A stretch of DNA of 64,000 nt, from the NCBI GenBank assembly GCA_030390025.1, contig CM059431.1, positions 149,546,001 through 149,610,000 on the forward strand, given 5' to 3'. The stretch is from Squalus acanthias (Eukaryota). The notes beneath the pieces were generated by a model. The model was not told where the DNA came from. It made no database searches and saw only the letters and a list, made by a program, of their open reading frames with translations. This document shows positions 50,860-63,400 of the stretch, one piece after another (position 1 is the first letter of the stretch; each line of letters starts with the position of its first letter). The position numbers and the translations under genes are program-made.

Positions 50860-50992
50860 AATGGCGAAAGATCATCGACCTGAAACGTTAACTCTGTTTC
50901 TTTCTCCACAGATGCTGCCTGACCTGCTGAGTATTGAAAACATTTTAAGTTCTCATTTCAGATTTCCAGCATCCGCAGTAATTTGTTTTTGT
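50860..50992 (+). mobile_element. Short Penelope terminal-repeat fragment with a degenerate hammerhead motif
   Basis: Reads ATGGCGAAAGATCATCGACCTGAAACGTTAACTCTGTTTC...CACAGATGCTGCCTGACCTGCTGAG and is homologous to the reverse complement of 46860-46955. Confidence 0.65.
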
Positions 50993-52307
50993 TTAAACCG
51001 AATGGTCGGTATGGTTACTGACACAGAGTCACAGGAACAAACCCTGGCAGATCAGAAACTGATCTTTAAATGTCTGAAATATCCGCTAATCATTCAGTTC
51101 CACTCAGTGTCTTCTTTCCCACCATCTCCAGCTCCGCATCAGTGGCTCTGCTTCTGATGGTTAGAAAAGGATTACTAGGATAACTGTCATTCTCAGAAAA
51201 CGTTCAGTCAGCCATATTTCAATGCGTTTATTTCCAATCTTTGTTTTCAATTTACAATTGGATCCCATGCCAGTCTGTCACAGTTCAGTGGATCTCTCAG
51301 TGAGACCCAGAGTGATTCTCTATTGCCTCCTACTGTACTGCAAGATAAACAATCCCAGCTGTTTGTAACTGAAGTACTGAGTATAGAAAATCCTTTCATA
51401 TCTTCTCGACTAATATTCTCTGCACAAGTTGCAAACCAACAGGTGAAAAAGTACAAGGATAAATCTATTCCATTTGTGTTCAGATACTTTACGCATGCCT
51501 TCGACGGCTCGTTGCCTGTGGGATGATTCGCCTGATTATGATGTAAATAAATACATTTAGTGGGCTATTACCTGCTCAATGATAACTATTTATTTTATTT
51601 CAGAATCCAGTCTTTGCAATGTTACTTGCAAAATCTTCCTTTCAATGAGCCACAATTTGAGTAATTCAACAAAACTGCAGAAAACTCAATCTTCAAATCA
51701 ATTCTTACAGCCCAGTTATCTTTATAACTGCAGTGCACTTGTATTTATTATCTTACACTTGCATATTACAACCGTACATTTTAAATACAGTTGCCAGTAT
51801 TTATTGCACGCCAAGGTTGCAGTTTCTGTATTTTGCTGTTGCATTCATTTTAAGTTCTAAATATAATGGATATTGTAACCAGGAGCAGGAATCTAAGCGG
51901 GATTTCCCCCCTCACTAACACAGGGGCACTAAGCGAATTGCACCGCTCCAAATGCTGACTCATCCCGGGACACGAAGGCTTCCTGAGAGGTTTTGGTCAT
52001 TTGTGTGCCTGGTACCTCGGGTGGTGCTTTTGTCTGCAGGGCTAAAGGTAGATTTACCATTTAATCTCTCATTGATCAAACATCTGTTACTTTCATGTGT
52101 ATTTATCCCCGTTTCATTTCTTAATTCCACAATATATTTCCGATTATTCTTACAATAAACATTGTATTCAGCTTCACGGGTAATAGAATTAGATTATATC
52201 ATTGAATGTCACTAATGATTTGCTGATTTCTCCCCGAATTCCTTCAATCTGCTGCTCTTGATCCCAGCCTGATGTATAATTTCCCTGTTTATTTCCCTTG
52301 CTCACAG

Positions 52308-53209
52308 TGAATTTAGTGACGATTGTGATCCTGTCTCGTGGAAAGTGCGGTCTCTCCAAATGTGTCACTCGCTACCTGGTGGCCATGGCAGCGGCGGATC
52401 TACTGGTCGTTATCCTCGACCTGATATTGAGGCACATTCCGATTGTTTATAAGGAACAGTTTCTTTTCTTGTGGTCCATCCGCGTGTGTAATATCCACGC
52501 CGTCCTTCTTTATGCAGCCACAGACTGTTCTGTCTGGTTCACCGTCACTTTCACATTTGATCGATTTGTGGCCATTTGTCACCAGAAGCTGAAAACTAAA
52601 TATTGCACCGTGAACTCGGCGGCTGTGGTTCTGGGAACAGTGACTGTGCTGAGCGGTTTAAAGAACATCTTCTGGTATTTTCTGTTGACAGATTTGTATT
52701 CGCTTTGGAACATACCCTGGTTTTGTGAGATAACAATGGATGTAGTGTATTCACCGGTCTGGGGAATAATCGAGCTCCTTCATTATTGTCTCACCCCCGG
52801 GGTCCCATTTGTTTTGATTCTGCTGCTCAATGCTGTCACCGTCAGACACATTTTAGTGGCCAGCAGAGCCCGCAGGAGACTCCGGGGTCCTAGCAGTGGG
52901 GAGAGTCCCAGAGACCCAGAGATGGAGAGCCGCAGGAAATCCATAATTTTACTGCTTGTTATCTCCGGCAATTTCATCCTGTTATGGGCAGTGTTTATGT
53001 TGTTTTATATATGGACCCAGATATGGTCTTTTGGCTATGATTCTGTAGCTCCACCTCTTTATCTCATGGAATTGGGATTGATGCTGCAGATGCTGAGTTG
53101 CTGCACAAACACTGGGATTTATGCCATGACCCAGACTAAGTTCAGAGAGCAGTTGAAGAATGTGTTGAAATATCACTTCACTCTTATTGTAAAATTCATT
53201 AAAGGATGA
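52308..53209 (+). CDS. Exon 2 of the orphan class A GPCR (GPR139/GPR142-like), TM1 second half to stop
   Basis: Polypyrimidine tract and CTCACAG| acceptor; the spliced G+TG gives Val. Motifs: NLVTIVIL, LVAMAAADL, TM3 Cys, FTFDRFVAICH, PWFC, ISGNFILLW, SCCTNTGIY, KFREQL. The frame is open to TGA at 53209. Confidence 0.93.
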
Positions 53210-53307
53210 TTTGATGCAGAAACTTTTTCGCCTGAGAGCTCCCTGGGCCAGGTACTGCGCGGAGGTGCTCTCCCCCGGGCCGCCCTCCCGCCGGTGGGGT
53301 AATTTAC

Positions 53308-54455
53308 TTCTTAGGCAGTCCCTCGGAACGGAGGATGACTTGCTTCCACGTTAAACATGAGTTTGCAGCTGACTGATGAGTCCAATGCGGGACCTACAGT
53401 CTCTGTCACAGGTGGGGCAGACGGTGGTTGAATGGGCGGGTGGGTGGGGTGCTTGGGTTGACGTGCATTCCTTGCGCTGCCTGCGCTTGGCTTCCGCTTG
53501 CTCCCGGCAAAGAGATTTGAGGTGTTTGGCGCCTTCCCAGATGTTTCTCCACCACTTTGTGCGGTCTTGGGCCAGGGATTACCAGGTGTCGGTGGGGATG
53601 TTACACTTTTTCAAGGTGGCTTTGAGGGTGTCCTTGAAGCTTTTCCTCTGCCCACCTGGGGCTCTCTTACCGTGCCGGAGCTCCGAGTAGAGCGCTTGTT
53701 TTGGGAGTCTCGTATCGGGCATGCTGACAATGTGACCTGTCCATTGGAGCTGATCGAGCGTGGTCAAAGCTTCGATGCTGGGGATGTTGGCCTGAGCAAG
53801 AACACTGACGTTGATGCGCCTATCCTGCCAATGATTTGCAGGATCTTGCGGAGGCAGCGTTGGTGGTACTGCTCCAGTGCTTTAAGGTGCCTGCCATACA
53901 TGGTCCATGTCTCTGACGCATACAGCAGGGCGGGTATCACTACTGTTCTGTTGTCCATGAGCTTAGTGCCGGGTTTGAGGTCCTGGTCTTCAAACACTCT
54001 CTTCCTCAGGCGACCGAAGGCTGCACTGGCACACTGAAGGCGGTGTTGGACTTCGTCGTCGACGTCTGCCCTTGTTGACAGTAGGCTTCCGAGGTATGGA
54101 AAGTGATCCACGTTGTCCAAGGCCATGTCGTGGATTTTGATAATCGGGGAGCAGTACTGTTTGGCGGGGCAGGTTGGCAGAGGATCTTTGTCTTACGGAT
54201 GCTTAGAGTAAGGCCCATGCTCTCGTACACTTCGGTGTAGGTGTTGATGCTGGTTTGGTGTTCTACCTCCGAGTGAGCGCAGACGCAAGCGTCGTCTGCA
54301 TATTGTAATTCGACGACAGAGGATGGGACGATCTTGGATCTGGACTGGAGGCAGCGGAGGTTGAACAGTTTCCCGTTTGTTCTGTAAATTAGCTCCACTC
54401 CAGTGGGGAGCTTACTGAGCATGAGGTGGAGCAATGCAGCAAGGAAGATCGAGAG
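53308..54455 (-). mobile_element. RTE-clade LINE 3' fragment, frameshifted
   Basis: Translation ELQYADDACVCAHSE, FPYLGSLLS...ASAAFGRLRKRVF...LLYASETW and WTGHIVSMPDTRLPKQALYSEL. Confidence 0.92.
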
Positions 54456-54527
54456 CTCACTGGGCCTGACATTAGGGGAGCCGCCCTCCCCCGGGGCGCC
54501 CGCCCGCCGGCGGGGTAATTTACATAA

Positions 54528-54815
54528 CAAAGATGGCGGCCGCGGCGCCCAGCACAAAGATGGCTGTCTCGGCGCCTCGCACACACATGGCGGCTCCGGC
54601 GCCCGTCACAAAGATGGCGGCTCCGTTGCACCGCACAAAGGTCGCGGCTCCTTTACCACGCACAAAACTGGCGGCCTCTGGCTCCGCACAAAGTTGGCGG
54701 CACTGTTGTCCCGCACCAAGAGGGCGGAAACCCCGTTACGCACGAAGATGGCGGCTCCGGTGCCCTGCAGCAAGATGGCGGCTCTGACACCCCGCGCAAA
54801 AATGGCGGCTCTGGT
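54528..54815. repeat. 27-bp GC-rich tandem repeat (11 units) built on AAGATGGCGGC
   Basis: Period of ~27 bp starting at 54528 (CAAAGATGGCGGC...GCAC). Confidence 0.9.
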
Positions 54816-54851
54816 TACAACATTATAAACATTTATAAATCATTATGATCA

Positions 54852-55265
54852 TTTTTCCATTCATTCTTGGAATGTGGACGTCGCTGGCAAGGCCTGCATT
54901 TATTGCCCGTCCCTCATTGCCCTGGGTAAAGTGATGGTAAGCTATCTTATACAACTAAGTGGCTTGCCAGGCCATTTCAGTGGGCCGTTAATATTCAACC
55001 ACATTGCTCTGTGTCTGGAGTCACATTTCTTCCAGAATGGATAACAACGGCAAATTTCCGTCCTTGAAGGACATGAGTGAACTAGATGTGGTTTTACGAC
55101 AATCCGGTAGTTTAATGGTCACCATTACTGATACTAGCTTTTTATTCCCGTTTTGTTAAATTAATTCAATTAAAATTCCCCAGCTGGTGGGATTTGAACT
55201 ACAAGATCATTCAGTCCAGGTATCTGGTTTACTGGTCCAGCAACATAGCCACTATACTACCGTAG
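54852..55265 (-). mobile_element. tRNA SINE, same family as 3770-4148; followed by a LINE 3' tail on + (~55270-55452)
   Basis: Shares GCATTTATTGCCC, GTCTGGAGTCACAT, TGAAGGACAT(T/G)AGTGAAC and ATTTGAACT with the earlier copy. Confidence 0.8.
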
Positions 55266-57005
55266 CCTTCGAATATATCGCCGTTCCTTCATCGTCACTG
55301 TCTCAAAAGCCTGAAATTCCTCTGTAATAGTACTGTGGGAGTAGCTTCACCACACGGACTGCAGATGAATGGCCACCATTTTCGCATGGTTAACTAGGGA
55401 TGGGCAAGTAATAACGGCCTTGACAGCGTCACCCATATCCTGAGAACAAATAAATATATATAATAAAATGGCAACATAATCACTGATTTTGAAATTTACT
55501 GATTGAAACCAGGCGAGGTCTGTGATCAGAGCGGGGTGTCATGCACCGCTAAACAAATTGTCAACACAACTTGGGTCACCAATTCTATGGTTTTATGATT
55601 GATACTACTCACACTATCCCAATGTCCCTGTATTTTCAAAAGGTGCTTGATAAAATACCACATATCACCGAAATTTAAGCCCGTGGGATTAAAGTGGCAG
55701 TGGCAACAGTGAGTGGTGCGAGGTATATCAGTATAACATTGAGTGGTGTGGGGATTAACAGTCCAGAGTGTGGCATGTATCACAGTGTTAGAGTGAGTGT
55801 TGTGAGGTATATCAGTATTACAGTGAGTGGTGTGGGGAGTAACAGTCCAGAGTGAGGCATGTATCAGAGTGATACAGTGAGGGATATAGGGTATATCAGT
55901 ATTACAGTGAGTGATGTGGGGAGTAACAGTCCAGAGTGAGGCATGTATCAGAGTGCTACAGTGAGGGATGCGGGGTTTATCAGTATTACAGTGAATGGTG
56001 TGGGGAGTAAGAGTCCAGAGTGAGCCTTATATCAGAGTGCTACAGTGAGGAATGCGGGGTATATCAGTATTACAGTGAGTGGTGTGAAGTATATCATTAT
56101 TGCAGTGAGTCGTGGGGGGAGTAACAGTCCAGAGTGTGGCATGTATCAGAGTGTTACCGTGAGGGATGTGGGTATATCAGTATTACAGTGAGTGGTGTGG
56201 GGAGTAAGAGTCCAGTTTGTCGCATGTATCAGAGTGTTAAAGTGAGGGATGTGGTTTATATCAGTATTACAGTGAGTGGTGCGGAGAGTAACAGTAGAGT
56301 GTGGCATGCATCAGAGTGTTACAGTGAGGGATGTGGGGTATATCAGAGTGTGTTACAGTGATTGGTGCGAGGTATATCAGTATTACAGTGACTGGTGTGG
56401 AAAGTAACAGTCCAGAGTGAGGCATGTATCAGTGTGTTACATTGAGGGATGTTGGGTATATAAGAGTGTGTTACAGTGAGTGGTGCGAGGTATATCAGTA
56501 TTACAGTGACTGGTGTGGGGAGTAACAGTCCAGAGTGAGGCATGTATCAGTGTGTTACATTGAGGGATGTTGGGTATATCAGAGTGGGTTACAGTGAGTG
56601 GTGCGAGGTATATCTGTATTACAGTGACTGGTATGGTGTGCAAACGTCCAGAATGTGGCATGTATCAGAGTGCTACAGTGAGGAGTGAGGGGTATATCAG
56701 TGTGTTACAGTGAGGGGTGTGGGGTATATCAGAGTGTTACAGTGAGAGGTGTGGGGTGTATCAGAGTGTGTTACAGTGAGGGCCTTGGGTAAATCAGTGT
56801 TACAGTGATGGTTGTGGGGGATATCAAAGTGTTACAATGAGGGGCTTGGTATTTCAGAGTGTTACCATGAGGGGTGTGGAGTATATCAGAGTATGTTACA
56901 GTGAGGGGGTGGAGTACATCAGGGTGAGTTACAGTGAGTGGTGCGAGGTATATCAGAATTACAGTGAGTGGTGTGGAGAGTAACATCGCAGAGTGTGCCA
57001 TATAT

Positions 57006-59152
57006 CATAGTCATAGAGTCACAGAGTCATAGAGTTATACAGCACAGAATGAGGCCCTTTGGCCCATCGTGTCCGCGCCGGCCATCAAGCCCTGTCTATT
57101 CTAATCCCATTTTCCAGCACTTGGTCCCTAGCCTTGTATGCTATGGTGTTTCAAGTGCTCATCTTAATGCTTCTTGAATGTTGTGAGGGTTCCTGTCTCT
57201 ACCACCTATCAGGCAGTGAGTTCCAGATTCCAACCATCCACTGGATACTTTTTTTTTCCTCAAATCCCCTCTAAACCTCCTGCCGCTTAACTTAAACTTA
57301 TGCCCCCTGGTTATTGACCCCTCTACTAAGGGGAAAAGTTCATTTCTATCTACCGTATCTCTGCCCCTCTTAATTTAGTACACCTCAATCAGGTCCCCCC
57401 TCAGCCTTCTCTCCTCTAAGGAAAACAACCCCAGCCTGTCCAGTCTCTCTTCATAGCTGAAGCGCTCCAGCCCAGGTAACATGCTGTTGAATCTCCTCTG
57501 CAACCTCTACAGTGCAATCACATCCGTCCTATAGTGTGGTGACCAGAACTGCACACAGTATTCCAGCTGTGATCTAACTAACGTTTTGTACAGCTCCATC
57601 ATAACCTCCGTGCTGTTACATTCTATGCCTCGGCTAATGAAGGCCAGATGCCTTTTTAAACATTATCTACCTGTCCTGCTGCCTTCAGGGATCTATGTAC
57701 ATGCACACAAAGGTCTCTCTGATCCTCTGTCCTTCCTAGTGTCCTACAATTGATTGTATATTTCCTTGCCTTGTTTGTCCTCTCAAAATTCATCAGCACA
57801 TACTTTTCAGGGTTAAATTCCATTTGACACTGTTGTGCCCACCTAACAATCTCGTCTATATCGTCCTGTAGTCTGTGGCTTCCCTCCTCGTTATTTTCCA
57901 CACCACCAATTTTCGTGCCATCTGCGATCTTACTGATCATCCCTCCTCCATTCATATCTATATCATTAAGGTACACTACAAAAACCAAAGGACCCAGCAC
58001 TGATCCCTGCGGTACACCACTGGACACAGGCTTCCAGTCAAAAAAACAACCTTCGACCATCACCATCCGCCTCCTGCCACTGAGCCAATTTTGAATCCAA
58101 TGTGCCAAATTGCCCTGGATCGCATGGGCACTTACCTTCTTGACCAGTCTCCCTTGTGGGATTTTGTCAAAAACCTTACTTAAATCCATGTAGACTACAT
58201 CAACTGCACTACCCTCATCCACACACCTAGTCACAACCTCGAAATATTCAATCAAATTGGTCAGACATGATCTCCCCCTGACAAAGCCATGATGACTATC
58301 CTTGATTATCCCCTGCCTCTCCAAGTGGAGAATAATTGTGTCCCTCCGAATTTTTTTCCAGTAATTTCCCTAACACTGATTTTAGTCTCACTGTCCTCTA
58401 ATTACCTGCTTTGTCCCTACTACCCTTCTTGAAAAATGGTACTACGTTAGCTGGTCTCCAGTTCTCTGGCAACTCCCCTGTGGCCAGAGAGGTTCTGAAA
58501 ATTTGTGTCAGAGCCCCTGCAATCTCCTCCCTTGCCTCACACAGCAGCCTGGGATCCAGCCCGTCAGGGCCTGGGGTTTTATCCACTTTTAAGACGCTAA
58601 AACCGCTACTTCCTCCTCCCTCTCAATACTAATTTGTTCAACGATATCAAAATCCCCCTGCATGATTCCTATGCCTACATCGTCCTTCTCCATAGTGAAC
58701 ACAGATGCAAAATATTCATTAAAAACCTGACCTACATCTTCCAGCTCTACACAGAGCTTGCCACTTTGGTCCCCAATGTGCCCGATCTTTCACTGGTTAT
58801 CATCTTGACCTTAAAATACTTATAAAATACCTTGGGATTTTTCTTTATTTTGCCTGCCTGTGTTTTTTCATGCCCCCTCTTCGCTCTCCTAATTTCTTTT
58901 TTAGGGACCCACCTGCACTTTCTATACTCCTCTAGGGCTTCCACTGTTTTAGTCCTTTGTAACTGCCAGAAGCCTCCCTTTTTCTCCTCATCCATTCTTG
59001 TTTATCCCTTGACATCCAGGGATCCCTGGGCATGTTGGTCCCACCCTTGAACTTTACGGGAACATGCTGGCGTTGTACTCTCTCTATTTCCTTTCTGAAT
59101 GGCTCCCATTGCTCTGATGTGGATTTTCCTACAATTAGCTTATCCCAGTACA
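57006..59152 (-). mobile_element. CR1 LINE, decayed, inserted in the 32-bp satellite
   Basis: ORF 57656-58324 (HGFVRGRSCLTNL, GVPQGSVLGP, KIADGT) and upstream fragments. Confidence 0.95.
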
Positions 59153-59879
59153 TTAGAGTTACAGTGAGGGATGTGGGGTTAATCAGACTGAAACAGTGAT
59201 GTGGCTTGGGTATATCAGTGTGTTACAGTGAGAGGTGTGGAGTATATCATAGTGTTACAGTGAGGGGTTTAGGGTATATCTGAGTGTTACCGTGAGGGCT
59301 GTGGGATATATCAGAGTGTATTACAGTGAGGAATGTTGTTATATCAGACTGTTACAGTGAGGGGTGTGGGGTATATCAGACTGTTACATTGAGGGATGTG
59401 TGGTAAATCAGACTTTTTCAATGAGGGGTGTGGGATATATCAGAGTGTTACAGTGAGGGGTGTTGGGTAAACCAGAGTGTTACAGTGTTGGTTGTGGGGT
59501 ATATCAGAGTGTTACAGTGAGCGGTGTGGGGGATATCAGACTTTTCCCGTGAGGAGTGTGCGGTATATCAGAGTGTTAAAGTGAGGAGCGTGGGTATTTC
59601 AGAGTGTTTCAGTGTGGGGTAAGGAGTATATCAAAGTGTGTTACAGTGAGTGGGGTGGAGTATATCAAAGTGTTTTACAGTGAGTGGTGCGAGGTATATC
59701 AGTATTAAAGTGAGTGGTGTGGGGAGTAACAGCCCAGAGTGTGATATATATCAGAGTGTTACAGTGAGTGGTGTGGGGTATACCAGAATAGTATAGTGAG
59801 TGGTGTAGAGTATATCAAAGGTTTACAGTGAAGAGTGTGCGGAATACGGGTGTGTTACAGTGAGGGGTATGGTATATAT

Positions 59880-60478
59880 AAGACATAAGACATAACACGT
59901 AGGACAAGGAGTAGGTCATTTGGCCCCTCGTGCCTGCTCCGCCTTTCAATAAGATCATGGCTGATCTGATCTATGCCTCAACACCACATCTCTGCCCGCT
60001 CCCCATAACCCATGACTCCCTTATCTTTCAAAAATCTGTCTAAATCCACCTTAAGTATATCCATTGACCCAGCCTCCACAGCTCTCTGGGGAAGAGAATT
60101 CCAAATATTCACGAGCCTCTGAGAGAAGAAATTGCCCCTCATTTCCGATTTAAAAGGGTACCCCCTTATTCTGAATCTATGCCCCTAGTTCTGGATTCCC
60201 TGCCGAGGGGAAACATCATCTCTGCATCTACCTTGTCAAGCCACTTCAGAATCTTACAAGTTTCAATAATATCCTCTTTTATTCTTCTTAATGCCAATGA
60301 GAATAGGCAAAATCTGCTCAAACTTTCTTCATAAGATAATCCCTTCATCTCCAGATTAATCCTCATGAACCTTCTCTGAACTGTCTCCAATGGAAGTATT
60401 TCCAAACTTAAATAGGGAGACCAAAACTGTACGCAGTACACCAGATGTGGTCTCACCAACGGCCTGTACAGTTGTAAG
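59880..60478 (-). mobile_element. CR1 3' fragment inserted in the 32-bp satellite
   Basis: ORF 60166-60459 reads VRPHLVYCVQFWSPYL; the antisense tail is (AAGACAT)n. Confidence 0.92.
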
Positions 60479-63400
60479 AGTGCTTCGGGGTTGCGGTGTA
60501 TATCAATGTGAAAAGTGAGTTGCGCAGTCTATATAAGAGTGTTACAGTGAGTGGTGTGTGGTATATCAGAGTGTTACAGTGAGGGATGTGGGGATTATCA
60601 GCGTGTTACAGTGAGGGTGTGGGGTATAGCTGAATGTCACAGTGAGTGGTGTGGGGCATATCATAGTTTTACAGTGAGGGTTGGGGGTTATATAATAGTG
60701 TTACAGTGAGGGGTGTGGGGTATTTCAGAGTATTATAGTGAGCGGTGTGGGCTATATCATAGTGCTACAGTGAGGGGTGGGGTTATATAATAGTGTTACA
60801 GTGAGGGGTGTGGCATATATCAGACTGTTAAAACGAGGGTTGTGGTCTACAACAGAGATTCATGGAGATGTGGCGTACATCAGGGCGTTGCACTGAGAGT
60901 TTTGGTTTATATCCGAATGTTACATTTAGTGACAGTGTCGGGTATATCAGTGTGTTATTGTGAAGAGTGTGTGGAATAGTAGTGTGTTACTCTGAGGTTT
61001 GTGGGGTATATCAGTGTGTTATTAAGAAGAGTGTATGGAATAGCAGTGTGTTACTCTGAGGGTTGTGTTGTATATCAGTGTTTTACAGTGAAGATTGTGT
61101 GGAATAGCAGTGTGTTACTCTGAGGGTTGTGGTGTATATCAGTGTGCTACTGTGAAGAGTTTGTGGAATAGCACTCTGTTAGTCTGAGGGTTGTAGGGTA
61201 TATCAGTGTGTTGCAGTGAGTGGTGCGGCGTAAATCAGAGTGATACAGTGAGGGTAGTGGGGGAAATCAGATTGTAACAGTGTTGGGTGTGTACTGTATC
61301 AGAGTGTAGCAGCGAGGGGTGTGGAATACATAATAGTGCTTTCGGTGTGGCTTGTATCAGAGTGTTACAGTGAGGGTGTGGGATATATCAGAGTGTTACA
61401 GTGAGGGTGTGAGGTAAAGCAGAGTGATACGTGAGGGGTGTGTGGTATATCAGAGTGTTACATTGAGGGGTGTGGGGTAAAGCAGAGTGTTACAGTGAGG
61501 GGTGTGGACTATATCATCGTGTTACAGTGAGGGCTGGGAGATATATAATAGTTTTACATTGAGGAGTGTGGTGCATATCAGAGTGTTACAGTGAGGGGTG
61601 AGGGCCATATCATAGTGTGACAATGAGGGGTGGGGGGTATATTAAACTTTTACAGTGAGAGGTGTGGGTTATAACAGAGTACTACAGTGAGGGGTGTGAG
61701 GTATCTCAGAGTGTGTTACAGTGAGTTGTGCGAGGTATATCAGTATTACAGTGAGTGATGTCGGAAGTAACAGCCCAGAGTGTGACATAAAACAAATTGT
61801 TACATTGAGTGGTGTGGTGTATAACGGAGTAATACATTGACTGGTGTAGGGTATATCAGAGTGTTACAGTGAGGGGTGTGGGGTATTTCAGAGTGTTACA
61901 TTGAGTGGTGTGGTGTCTAACGGAGTATAACAGTGAGGGTTGTGGGGTATATCTGATTGTTAATGTGAGGGCTGTGGGTTATATCAGAGAGTGTTACAGT
62001 GAGGGGTGTATGGTATATCAGAGTGTTACAGTGAGTGGTGTCGGGTATATAAGAGTGTTACATTGAGGGGTGTGGTGAATATCAGAGTGTTAGAGTGAAG
62101 GGTGTGGGGTATATCAGAGTGTTACAGTGAGGGGTGTGGGGTATATTAGAGTGTTATAGTGAGGGGTGTGGGATATATCAGTGTGTTACAGTGAGTGGTG
62201 TGTTCTATATCAGAGTGTTACAGTGAGTTTTGTGGTCTTTATCAGAGTGTAACAGTGAGTTGAGCGGTCTATATCAGAGTGTTACAGTGACGGGTGTGGA
62301 GCAAATCAGAGAATGTTACAGTGAGTGGTGTGGGGTATATCAGTGTTACAGTGAGTGGTGTGGTGTATATCAGCGTGTTACAGGGAGTGGTGAGGTGTAT
62401 ATCAGCGTGTTACAGTGAGGGGTGTGGTGCATATCAGAATGTTACTGTGAGTGGTTGGGGTATATCAGAATGTTACAGTGAGGGGTGTGGGGTATATCAG
62501 AGTGTTAGAGTGAGGGGGTGTGTTCTATATCAGAGTGTTGCAGTGAGTGGCGTGGTGTATATCAGAGTGTTACAGTGAGTGGTGTGGTGTATATCAGAGT
62601 GTTACAGTTAGTGTTGTGGTGTATATCAGAGTGTTGCAGTGAGGGGTGTAGGCTATATCATAGGGTTACATTGAGTGTTGGGGTATATATAAGTGTTACA
62701 GTGAGGGTGTGGTGTATATCAGTGTGTTACAGTGAGTGATGTTGGGTATATTAGTGTGATAAAGTGAGGGGTGTGGGGTCTATCATTATGTAACAGTGAG
62801 GGGTGTGCGGTATAAGAGATTGTTACAGTGAGGGGTGTGAGTATATCAGAGTGTTATAATTAGCGGTGTGGGGGATATCAAACTGTTACCATGAGGAGTA
62901 AGTGGTACATCAGAGAGTGTTCCTGTGAGAGGAGTGGGATATATCAGAGTGCTGCTGGGATGTGGGGTATATCAGTGTGTTACAGTGAGGGCTGTGGTGT
63001 CTATCAGAGGTTGTTACAGTGAGCGGTGCGAGGTATATCAGTATTACAGTGAGTGGTGAGGGGAGTAACAGCCCAGAGTGTGGCATATATCAGAGTTTTA
63101 CTGTGAGTGGTGTGGGGTATATCAGTGTGTCACAGTTAGGGTTCAGGATATGTCAGAGTGATTTAGTAAGTGTTGTGTGGTATATCAGTTATAACAGTTG
63201 GGGTGTGGGGTATATCAGAGTGTTAAATTGAGGGGTGTAGGGTATATCAGACTGTTACAGCGTGTGATGAGGTCTATATAAGAGTTTTACGGGGTGTGGG
63301 ATTAATCAGGGGATTGCACTGAAAGGTTTGGTGCATATCAAAGTGTTACATTTAGCGGTGTGTGGTACATCAGCGTTTTATAGTGAAGAGTGTGTGGAAT

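Noticed and set aside
52298..52307. TTG start making the GPCR a single-exon gene
   Set aside because: These bases are the splice acceptor. TM1 is incomplete without the upstream exon.
54528..54815. CRISPR-like look of conserved core plus variable part (also 26030-26495 and 45718-46682)
   Set aside because: The variable parts are short and homologous to each other rather than unique spacers. There are no cas genes and the context is vertebrate.
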